Positions 52,505 to 64,000 of a stretch of 64,000 nt of DNA are shown here, one piece after another; the first letter of the stretch is position 1; every line of letters starts with the position of its first letter. Both the position numbers and the translations under genes were made by a program. The stretch comes from Octopus sinensis. Taxonomy: Eukaryota. The DNA is taken from contig NC_043002.1 of NCBI RefSeq assembly GCF_006345805.1, forward strand, positions 73,780,001 to 73,844,000. Reading direction: 5' to 3'. The notes below the pieces were generated by a model. It had not been told where the DNA came from. It ran no database searches and was given only the letters and a program-made list of their open reading frames with translations.

Positions 52505-52850
52505 TTCTTTTATCTTTCATTTGTTTCAGCCATTGGACATGCTAGGGCACCACCATGAAGGGTTTTAGCCAAATAGATCAACCCCAGTACTTATTTTTAA
52601 GTCTGGTACTTCTCTTGCTGAACTGTTAAGTTACAAGAACATAAGCCAACTGATACTGGTTGTCAAGTGGTGGTAACAAACACAAAGACACACACACATA
52701 TATATATACATACACACACACAACAAGCTTCCACACAATTTCCATCTACTAAATTCACATACAAGGTATTAGCTGGCTGAAGCAATAGTAGAGGGCACTT
52801 GCCCAAGTGGTTGCAAAGCAGGCTTCTTGACCACACAGCCACGCCTACAC
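52505..52850 (-). mobile_element. Two SINE fragments (12540 and 8251 families)
   Basis: ttgtttcagccattggacatgct...; ttccatctactaaattcac...cacttgcccaag...accacacagccac. Confidence 0.7.
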
Positions 52851-55410
52851 TTTTATACCTTTCACTGTCTTAAGCTTTTTTTCCCTTTTGACAGTCAAGC
52901 AAAGAGGGTACATGGATATAATGAGCAAGCCTTTGTAGGTTCCAGCTAAGAATGTCTCATCTAAATAGTTCTAATGCTCACACAAGTGATTTCTTTTCAG
53001 AGGTCAATATTTACAGACCTTAACTTTGTTGTATTAAATAAAGTAACACTCTCCAACACCACCACTAAAAATAAGGCAAAAGGAGTTGAATTGGGTGTAA
53101 AGGTATGGTAAAATGGATTTCTGTTATGATGGAAGAACACATCAATTAACACAACATCAGTTTTGTTCTTTATGTTTGCCTTTGACATTTTTTCTTTTAA
53201 CAGTTACTATTCCAGAATTTTTAAGCATATTCAAAACTTTGAGATTCTGATAGATAGAAAAGGATACAATAATTTTATCTTGTCTTTCATGCTAAAGTAG
53301 AACATGTACATTTTTTTCTTATTTTTTCCTAACTTAATTGGTGAACAATTGCATTGTTGGTTACAAGCTGACAACAACCAAATATTGGTTCACAGCATTT
53401 CTAACAGCATGAGTGATAAAACATTTGCAATCAACTTCATTTGTACCCTATACATAATTGTCAGCATGACTCTTTAATTTAAGAGTCAGCTGGCTCTTTA
53501 ATATATAGGTACAGTTGCATCCAATGGATTTCAACATAATTTTTCTCAACCCAATTTTGGCCAAGGCTATGGTAGAAGACACTTGACCCAACATGTCACT
53601 CAATGTGGTTCAATCTAGAAATTCACAATTGCAGAGTGAACTCTTCAACTGTTCAAGGAGTGAAGGTATAGACATTGTTCAGAAGATTCTTTTGAAAGGT
53701 AGAAAGGCAGTTGAGGGGTTAGAATATTCAAAATATAATGGAATAGTCCAATTTAAGATGAGAATTAATTCCCAAGATAAGATTAAAAGATGACAAATAT
53801 GTCAGTTACTTGAAATTCTTGTAGAAAAATATTCACTTTGCTTATAAGGTTGCTTGTATAATCTACCTCAAGGTCCAGAGCCACTGAGAGAGATTTTTAT
53901 GTGGTCACTCAGCCTGCTAGGAGTATGCTAAATCTCCCTCAAATCACATACAACTATTTTGAAGTAAGAAGGATACATTGACAATGTGGAAATAACAGCC
54001 AAAGCTCCCTCAAAACACACCCTGCTATTTTAAATAAAGAGAAATACAAAACAAAAACAGATTGATCATGACTGGAACACTTTTATCTATCTGTGGATAA
54101 TAGAAAATTATTCCTTTATATTTAAGAGAAAAACTAATGCAATAGTTTATCTTATATATATATATACACATACACAGGTGTATATGTGTGTATATAATTC
54201 ATTTAAATAACTATAAGATTACACATACATATTCCTAACCCAAACAAGCAACTTCAAATAACTGCTGTATATTTATATGTGCACATTTATTAACACACAG
54301 GCGCATACAAATCTATGTGTGTACTTTAATATACACCCCCTACACACACAATGTAAGTTAGAGTGTGAATGTGATTGCACATATTTTTTTGTCATTAAAA
54401 TCTAGAACATTATAGTTATATGTTCTAAACAACATCAACTAAATATATATATATATATAATGGAAAGCTTCAGATTGTTGTGGTACTCCCCCATTGCCCA
54501 GTTAAACTTATAGAATTCTGAAAGCACAAGTCAAATCAATACACAAGATTAGAAAAAAATGTGATAGATAGATAGTAGTATTTTACCTATACTACTAATT
54601 TACAAAGGATATAGTTAAAGAATCCTGAGGTTCAAACAGCATTTGTTAGAATTAAAATAAATAAATTATTGCAAAACATTTCATATAGAATGATATATTA
54701 ATCCAGTTTATTCAAACTGTTTTCCAATTATAGTATTTCTAAAACATATAGCTTAATCCAAGGAAATTCTGGTTTATCTTATTTTAGATTATCTAATTTG
54801 TTTTTATTTATATTTTCTCAATGTGATGAAACTATTTTGGGCCAGTGTTTTAACTTTTCAAAATCTAGCAATAAGTAGCAAATCAAAGTGCCATTATGAC
54901 ATCTTGGCAGAGTGAACTTGATCTTATGTCTAAAACACTGTTGGCTAAATCAATAGCAAATAATACAAAAATGAAGGGAAACTAGGATGATCAGAAAAAC
55001 AAAAATGAAGAAGGCGGTGAGGACAAACAAATAAAAACTGATTAGGTATAATGAAATACACATGGAATATAATAGTAGCAAAATCTTTTTTTCGTTTTTT
55101 TCATTTTTATATGGTCAGATATCTGTATTTTGAAAAACAAATGAGCATAAGTAAAACAAGACAGAAATTAAACAAAAAGTAAGAAGTATCTCAAAATAAT
55201 ATTACTAAGTTGTAAACTTATGGTTCAGTCGAAGAGCAAACATATCTTGAAATGTTTGAAAAATATATACTACTGCATTATTTTAATTAATTTACAATGT
55301 TATAAAATAGCTTCTATTTGTTTAACTGAATTCCCTATTACTCAGTGGTTAAAAATAATTTCACCTAGACAGGAAAAAATTATTATAAATGCCAGAATAT
55401 GAAAATTCAA

Positions 55411-56055
55411 TTAATCCTCTAGCATTCTGATTATTCCTTCAAATGAAATGCTTATTTATTCACATTGTTGCATTATTTCATAGCTTTGAAATTTTGATGA
55501 TGTGACATTTTATTTTTAGAATGACATTAGGATAGGTGTACTAGGTTGGGTCAGGTTAATCTCTCTATATATAAACGGCAGTTTGTGTGTCTGTGTGTCT
55601 GTCAGGTTGTACCCTCACCCTGACCACGGCTTTCAACCGATTCTGATGAAACTTGACACACACATAGCCCAATGTCATAATTCAAAACTAACAGTGAAAA
55701 TTTTGAAAAGTTCCTCCAGTTCTGAAAAAAATCGATAAATTCGACATGGGGTCGAGAATCTAAGCTTTTTTTCTATGCAACACATTTTCTGTCTAGGGGA
55801 CACAACTCGACCTTTTTATCGCCCAAAGGGACAGCAAGGAACATCGTATACACAGAAGTATTGGAGTGAAGAGAAGACCTTGTAACCTACACATGCACCT
55901 TCGTTCCCTAGAGGGAAAGGACTAGATTGGGATTAGTCGTTGCCTACTAGGGGCTCTAATATACCCAGGCAACGCCGGGCTATGCTGCTAGTTTGAACAT
56001 AAAACTGGTAGACTATTTGGGCTAGGTATGGCCAGTTTAAATGCTAAGGGGTTAA
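55411..56055. mobile_element. piggyBac-like MITE (TTAA flanks) interrupted by a Helitron
   Basis: Termini ttaatcctctagcatt and aatgctaaggggttaa are imperfect inverted repeats including TTAA. Confidence 0.7.
55560..55991 (+). mobile_element. Non-autonomous Helitron
   Basis: Starts TC (tctctctatatataaacggc) after a host A; ends CTAG before a host T; GC-rich subterminal hairpin cccaggc-aac-gccggg about 12 nt before the end; no TSD; retains many CpGs. Confidence 0.88.
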
Positions 56056-59000
56056 ATGATTGAGGCAGAGCTACAGTGTGCTACAGCTATTATGTTGTGT
56101 TCTTAGGTATGATACATTACTATTTATCTTGGTCTACCTGGCTGGCAACACTTCCATTTTACAGTAGTAGGAAGGCTATAGTAAACAAAAGCTATCATTC
56201 TATACTTTTTCTTTCTTTTTTCTTTTTTGTAAAATAGTGGATATATAATCAGTGGAATCAATACCATAGTACAAACCAGAACTATCAATGACAAAATGAT
56301 CAAAGCTAAAAACAATCTGAGCAGTAATTAAACAGAATTATAAGGCAATAAACAAAATGTCATAAGACATCAAGTCTTTTTCTGCTCTTATTAATGTCAC
56401 TGCCATGTAGAGTGTAACAATGTAATGCAATGGATAATGACAAAAGGTTACCCATTTGTAAACTGAAAAGGTGAGTAAAACAAGAAACTAATGAATGGTA
56501 TACCTAAATGATAGGGAGCTTAAAAAACTGCAAACTTTAAAGAAGTGTTATTAAAAATTGTTGGTTATGATACATTTTTAAGTTGTGATTTACTTAAGGG
56601 TTTAGGTTTGCAAGCTGCATGCTTCAGTGTCAATGAAAATGTATAAAAGTGAGAAAAATACTTAATCTTGTCAGTAAAAAGTTATTGCAGCCTTTGAAAA
56701 TTAGAGCTACATTTTAAGCAATGCATAATTTATGGGATAAATATCTATTTCATAAATATCTAAACTGTACTGTGATTTAAGATATCTCAATAAAAGCTAT
56801 TTGCTTTAAAAGCATCTTTACTTCATGCAAGCAAATTCCTACAAATATATAATTACTTTATAACATTTTTGTTTTGATGACTAAATTGCTGCTGAAATGA
56901 CATGACTATATTCCATCATATTAGATCTCTTTTTTTTTTTATTTTTATCAAATTATGTAGATATATAACTCATGTTTGTAAATCTACATAATTTAACCTT
57001 AAAGTTTTATTACAGCTCCAAAAATCAATTAGCAGTGAATTTGACATAAAATTGCTTTTACAGTATAATCTTTCAGAATGTCTGAATACATTTTCCTAAC
57101 ATGTGGATCAGGAATTTTATACGATATATCAATAAAGTTCAATAAAACTTACACATTTGTTAAAATCTTACTACATAGATTTTAAAATCAGAATGAAGGT
57201 GTTCAAATTTGTTTCCAAAACTGGGAAAATTATTTCTTTCACTTTCAATATAGAACAAATTATTTTATTTGAATGTAACAATTGCTCAAATCAAAGAAAA
57301 GATATTTTAAATATATTTTAGATTTAAATCAAAATGTTTTCAATTTAGAGATCTTTACTCATAAAGGGAAGATGTGTGCTATTTGCCAACAGAAAATGTC
57401 CTGAGGATAAATCACTTAACAATCTTATTGAGGATGAAACCAAAAAGTATGAAATCAACTGTTTAATTATTCTAGATTCCACAGGAAACTATAATTATAT
57501 CAACTTATTACAAATTAAAATAAATACAAATAAGGCTTTATCTGAGAAAAACATAAATTAGCAATAATAATTTCTATATGCTCAATGCATATCTAATGCA
57601 TTTTCAAAACTAGTATTTAAGCAAAAAAGAAATTGAAGTTATAATTCAATGTTGGATTGAAATCAAATTTTTAATTCCACATGCTTTAGTTTAGAAATTT
57701 CTACTCTCAATATAGGATATTTGTAATCCTAATCTAATTTATCTCTAATTTTTATTGTATATACTTTCTTCACCTGAGCTGTATGGAGATTTTCAATTGT
57801 CATGTTGTTATACAATTATATCAAAATCAATACCACGTAACATATCAAAATATTTGTAAATGGATAAAGCATGAAATTTATTGCTTTAAGATGACATTGA
57901 TTCAAAACAACATAAGAATTAAATAGCTAAAGAAATGAAAGAATGTAATCATTAGCATAAATGCAGGCCTTTACTCCTAAATATTAGGTATCTTCTCTCC
58001 TCACAACATAAATGTCAATCTTTGTTTTAAAAAGAAAGATCTAGATTAAAAACAATAGATTTTCAGCATAGTTTCACTAGTCTGGGTGCAAAACAAAGAA
58101 AAGCTAAGAAAAAGCAAAGTAAAGGCAAGAAAAGTATAGATAAGAGAGAATGGATGAAGGAAGAAAGCTGAAAGTAAGTTGGCTAGTGTGAAGAGAGAGA
58201 AGACAGACTAGATGGAGCAAACAGCCAGTTATATATATATTTTTTTCCCCTTTTATTGATTTGCCATTCTAGAAAACGCTTTAGTTCAATTTTTTCCTAA
58301 TTAAGAGGATGAAATTACTGAAAATAGTTGTTTCTGTGTACTGAGTAGAATCTAACAGCCTAAAACAAAAATGTATTCTCTGCAACAAGTTTCATTTAGT
58401 GGTACAACCACACACATAAGTAGCCTTTTGCAACTAGAAAATCTTGATAAATTTGTTTAAAACAATCCTTCAATATGCATTAAAACATAATGAAAAATAC
58501 CTTTAAAATTTTTGTTTTGGAAAAACAATCTGTAATTATATTTATAAAAGAAATCAAATAAATTTGGACAAATAATAAACAAAATAAACATACATTTACT
58601 GGAAAAAAAAATTTATCATTAAATTTATATTTGCTGAGAACTAGTCCAATACTAAATGAAAAATGTTTGATACTTTAAAATTAAATGGATAAAAACTCAA
58701 ACATAAAACAAAAAACTTATAGATTCAGAAGTTTAAAATTTGAGTATCCAGTGGGATACTTGCTTTAAATTTTCTATTGTATAAGTCTTTTGAACTGGCA
58801 TTCAATTAATTTTAAATAAAAGAATAAAGAAAAGAAATAGTATCCTCATGTAGGAAATTCTCTTTAGAAATAATACTAAACATGGAGAATGAAAGCTTTT
58901 TTTTATAGTAGTAGAAAGCAGCAGTACAATTAGAAGATAAACTAATGATTAACTAAAATGATGATGTTTTTAAACTATGTGGTAAAATTATGAGGGGCTT

Positions 59001-59636
59001 ATGTAAATTGTGAGATTTCAGATTTTAATGGAAAGGAAACTATTTTTAAAAAAAACTTATTATATTATTTGATTATTTTAAGATTTGAATCTATTCTGAT
59101 AGGATTTATTGCAACTAACCTAAATACAATAACAAAAATGAAAAATAAAACCCCACTACTAATATACATTGCAAAAGGTATTTCAATGAATAAAAAAAAA
59201 AATACCATGAAGAACTCAACTGAAGGGGTGGTTCAAAATAAATTACTAAATATTTGATGTTCTAGTAAAATAAAAATATCAACTTTAAATCTTTCTCCCA
59301 ACAAAAATTGAAAGTCCTAAAAGAAATCATTTCTTGAAATTAGTTCACAATTATGACGAGAATGTGGAGAGAGGTTCAACAGAAGCTTTTCTGTCTTCTT
59401 AGCCAAAGCTAGTCAACAATTATTGGGATAGCTACTTGTCCCTAACTGTTTCTTGTAGCACATAAGCAAGGCGGCCTTACAAGGCCATCATATCAAACAC
59501 TTACTGGAAAGTAATATCAATTTTCCTCTGTTAAAATACTGGAAGTGATATGGTAAATATTAAACTGAAATTTACAAAGAAAAGTTTCAAATAATTCTAC
59601 AGTACACAAAAATGTGCATACCATCCACCCATATAT

Positions 59637-59673
<37 letters not shown>

Positions 59674-61899
59674 TGCATGTGTATGCTCCTATATAACAAA
59701 AATATACTTGTTGTAATTCCATAAACATTCTACTCAATATAAAGAAACAGAAATGGATTAAAGCAAGTACACAACATAAAGAGAAAAATGTCTGAAAGAG
59801 GTCAAGTTTTAGAAGCTTGGGAATTCAAGATGAAACAGTTAAAAGACAGCATTTTAATGTGTTCAATCAGCAACAGTGTGAAAAGTAACGTGCAAGGTCA
59901 TGCATCAACAGTAAAAATACTGACAACATAGACTACAGTGCAAGGTCACCAGATTTACAATATGCTACAAACTGCATTTTTAACAGTGATGTGGTACCTG
60001 ATATCGTTTACCAAAATGAAGAGTGCCCAAAGTCTGTAGAAAACAAAAAAACAAAAGGAATCAAGTCAAAGACACAACACAAGGTGTAGACTAAATGAAA
60101 TGAAGAGATCTACAGCATACGAGTGATATATTTGTTGACAAGAAGCCAAAACAAGTTCAACTGTATGATGCCTTGACAATATATTATCACCAATTATAGT
60201 AATAAAGTGCATTATTTGTGAGATTTCATAAGACAACAACATGCACAAAAACAAAGATTAGAACAAATTTCCTTTCTTGCTAAGATTTAAATAGATTTTA
60301 TGCCATAACATTATTTTTTTTTTTTTTCCAAAAATATTTTCCGAATAATTTTGAGTAATTTTCACTTTTTGTTTAATTCACACACTAATTAAACATGTAT
60401 ATAAAGAGAGTTTGGGACTTTATCCCACTGAAAGCTACAATAAAATTATAACATGGAAACACTAACTTAATAAGTAGGTTTGTTACTATTTGAAGAAGAC
60501 CAAAACTTCATACTAAGAAAGATGTTTTTCAATGAATAACTTGTTCTATATGGTGTAATCACTAAAAATTAAGAGGAGCATATGCGTGCCTTATGTGTGT
60601 ATGCAAATACATTATGTGACTGTCTAAAAAAGGAAATAAAACTAGAATGGATGGACGACTGAAAAATTTGAAAGGTTAATGATGCAGTAATTATTCTTTT
60701 AAAAGTTGGTAAATAGAAAGAGTTGTACTAATATAAAATACATCCTTTGAATGATTTAATCATGAAGAGTACGACTTGTTCTGTGAATATCAGTACCAAA
60801 AAGAAAATTGTAAATTAAACAATGTACTAAAATGAATTTTTTGCTTCTGAATTAGAGGAGTGTTGTTCTATTGATTTGATTTGAGAAGTATTTTAGGAAG
60901 CGACAATAATCAAAAGATCCAAGTGATAGAAATAGAAGATAATTACAAGGTTTGGAAAGTTCTGAAAATCTAAAATTTTTATAGAAGTAATAGTTGCACA
61001 ACATATCATTTCATGTGATGAACTCCTCCAAGAATACATTTATGATGACTAATTTTTTTATATTTTGGTAAAACAAAACTAAAAACAAGATTTTAAAGAG
61101 CCAAGAAAATATGATACAGTATCTCAATTTAATTAAACTGCTGATGAAAATGGAATAATAAAGAAAAATAATATATTTACTTATTTCAAAGGGAAATAAC
61201 AAAAGAAACACAGACCAATAATGAATAAAAACTTTAGGTTATAAACTAAGATCTAAGATTTTAATGTACATAATTTGAGACAGAAAAAGAGAAACCATCT
61301 CACTGATATTAGTGGGTCTCTCATACCTTTTACTGTCTGAAATTGGTGCTTTAAAGAACTTTCAGATATTTGCCTAAATATGTTGGCTTTCCTACAAGGA
61401 AAAACAGAAATTTGTTTTAATGAAGATGACAAACATTAGGAATCAAATAGTAAGCAATTCTTAGTCATGAGCAACTTGTTTTTGCAGTAATCAAGTAGAT
61501 TCCCATCCAGGTAAGTCGACTATTTGTTATATATCCAAATATAGTTAGAAATGAGTGCTGTAGTGTTTCAGAAAGAGAACAGTGGAGTGGTTTCTTCATC
61601 TTCATGTAGACAAGGTGACTGATGTAAAGCAAGGGGAAATAAGAGTGGAAAATTCACTGGAACCCCAACATTAGCAATATAACTGAAATAGATACTATTG
61701 AGAATCAAAACTAGATTCCAGATAGTTGGTAAAAAGTACATCTACACTAAAAATGTGTATGTGTGTGTGTGTAAAATAAAACCATAAATTCTAAAGGAAT
61801 GTTTGTAGGACATTAAAAATAGGAATAATAATTCCTTAGGCACTAGAGTGAGAAGAAAGGTACTCTGACTCAGCCTCAGTACATTACTGATATTTATTT

Positions 61900-63030
61900 T
61901 ATGTATTAATATGTCCACCATCTGTATCCTTCCTCTCCTTTCTCATATCTCTACCACTTGTATCCAAATACCTCTCCTTCCTCTTTCCTGTCAAATCACA
62001 ATGCTTAAGAGGGAAGGGGTTGTGCTCTGACAACCCCTCCCCATCCCCTCTGATTCTCCTGTCATCACACACTTTTGACATATTACCTTGAGGACATGCT
62101 CTGACCCCTTATCATCATCATCATCATCATCTTATCTCTCCTCCACACACCACTCTACCCATCCATATAACATATCACTGCATCTCTTCCTCCCTTCCTG
62201 CTACCCTTATCATTCTCTCTTTCACTAATCTCCTGACACTGCTTTTTCTTTTCTCCTTCCTATTACTACTGGGCCATCTTATCACATCACTATACCCACA
62301 TGTATAACTCGGGATGCACTGCATTACTCCCCCATATTCTACCCCCTATCTCTTTCTCACACACACACTAACCCACAAACACTCATTTTCACTTTCCTTC
62401 TCTATCAGTCTTTGTTAGTTGCTCCCCTACCATTCTCTCAACAATAAACCTGTGTAATTCCAATGCAATCTGTCTTAGATCCTGATGAACAGCATAACCT
62501 ATGCTGGCATAACAGAAGGACTGAACCACTCCATCACTGGTTTCACCTACTCAACCCACTCCATTATTACCTCCTCATACTAATACCTGACATTACTAAC
62601 CCCTTCCCCTTTCGTCTGTTTCTATTATACCCACTCCAACACTGTTCTCTTTGTTATTCTCTCCATCACCATCCTCTCATAATAAATCTGTTCAATCCAG
62701 TACAGAGGCTCTTTCACACTGCAAGCTGCAAGGTGACCCTCAACATTGATGGTGCCACAAAAATCACCCATTACACACTGTAAAGGATTGGTAATTGATT
62801 CAAGCTGCGACAAGGCAAGGCTTGAGAGTGTTCATTTGTCTTGCTAACAGCAATTCCACCTCTATAGTGCTGGTGCCATGAAAAACAGAGTTAGTACACT
62901 CTGTAAAATAGTTAGTATTATGCTAAAACTGAGACATTGGAGCAAGATGCGATCCTCTAACCCAGTGAATCCTGTCAAACCATTCTACCCATACAAGCAT
63001 AGAAGATGGATGGTTGATGATGTGGTGGAA
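61900..63030 (+). mobile_element. Pyrimidine-rich retroelement-derived tract ending in a SINE-type 3' tail
   Basis: ~880 bp C/T-rich tract, then ggtgccatgaaaaa...cctgtcaaacc...gatgatg, the tail shared with the 3496 family. Confidence 0.5.
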
Positions 63031-63566
63031 GAGATAAAAGAAACTTGCAATATTGATCTTACACTCTGAAGTCAAACAATCTACTCTAAATACTATTTGC
63101 ATGAGGAACAGAGACATTTTAAAATCCATGTTGGAACAGACTGGCTTGGTTATATGACAATTAGTAATTATTGCTGTGTAAAAGTCAATTAATTAAATCT
63201 ATAAATTAAACATCTATGATGTTAAGGTGCTGAACTAGAGATCATATGATCATACTTCACACCTTAACATAAACACTGCACTGAATTACTGGGAAGTAAC
63301 TATAACTGTCTCATAATTTCTGGCTGACAGCAGTATCACTTCTACTTCAAAGTTCAATTTTGAAGTGGGATGGGCAACTAAATGAAAAATAATTAATTGC
63401 ATCTAACTGAAAAATAATTGATTTCTATCTAAAAAAAGTTATGTTAGTTTCTCAACTCATTTCTTACTCACAAGTTAACATTTTACACTGAATAGAGTCA
63501 TACATAACATTTTCATCTCTAGTAGCTAAGGATTTTATGCACAATTACATACAATTTTAAAATTTT

Positions 63567-63768
63567 AAAATTCCTGGCTTTGGGTAAAATAAAATACAGG
63601 AAAATCAGTTAATTATTTTATTCAACACATTCGCCTCTCAGATTCACACACTTATTGCAGCAGTCTTTCAGTTTTCCTAAGCCCTGTAAAAGAACTTGGA
63701 AGGTTAGGCCTTCAACCAGGTCTTTTGCAATACCCTTAAAGCCAGGAACTTTTCAATCACGCACCTCG
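63567..63768. mobile_element. Mariner-type MITE (left end eroded), followed by a possible Tc1-like terminus at ~63775
   Basis: aaaattcctggctttgggta versus tacccttaaagccaggaactttt...cctcg|ta; then ta|cagtagcggccataatataagga. Confidence 0.7.
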
Positions 63769-64000
63769 TATATACAGTAGCGGCCATAATATAAGGACCA
63801 GTAAGAACAAGCGTATTGAAATATTTATTATAGAAGATTAACAAAACGTTCAGACTAGATATTTTACACATATTTAGATATATCTAATATCTATCTTTCA
63901 TGAAAATTTCAATTGAATGGAATAAATATTTTGTAAGTTATGAGGAAATAAATAATCTTCCAAAGTGCAACAACAAAACGTTAAGGGTCACTTAGAAAAA

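Noticed and set aside
53468-53502. Local inverted triplication gactcttta/taagagtc/gctcttta
   Set aside because: Very short; typical template-switch noise.
59505-59538. Possible APBA micro-exon before a GTAAGT donor (position of the vertebrate PTB insert)
   Set aside because: Available acceptors give 23 or 34 nt (frameshift) or 21 nt with a stop.
62482-62512. CTGATGA followed by a 7-bp stem (cagcata/tatgctg)
   Set aside because: No GAAA box after the stem, so not called a hammerhead.
1-64000. CRISPR arrays, operons or prokaryotic defence systems
   Set aside because: Sequence is eukaryotic intron DNA; no regularly spaced repeat-spacer array or gene-dense region.

Overview
AT-rich eukaryotic (animal) DNA, almost entirely intronic and repeat-rich. 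The SINE and microsatellite repertoire looks like an octopus/coleoid cephalopod (inference from memory of those repeat families). Nearly all ORFs in the supplied track are spurious. The host gene is a minus-strand X11/Mint/LIN-10 (APBA family) adaptor: two consecutive phase-0 PTB-domain exons are clear (43717-43631 APEGENQPSTEVDLFVSTEKIMVLNTDLQ; 40875-40711 [19 protein letters not shown]...CHVFESDE). I could not find the neighbouring canonical exons, implying introns of >20 kb and >40 kb. In the long downstream intron is a candidate alternative exon (18881-18763, MFAIGGSLGPNDFNHVQYEPLGVVYETQKE, phase-0 donor) that could start a short PTB-less isoform. The introns hold many tRNA-derived SINEs, two RTE LINE 3' ends, a decayed pogo/Tigger transposon, Tc1/mariner, hAT and piggyBac-like MITEs, a Helitron nested in a MITE, a Helentron/DINE-like element and a ~1 kb near-perfect tandem duplication. 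Most notable: several unrelated repeats carry minimal hammerhead-ribozyme-like motifs of the Penelope type, often in fold-back arrangement. One of them combines a tRNA-like Pol III head with the hammerhead. Repeat boundaries are approximate (read by eye).
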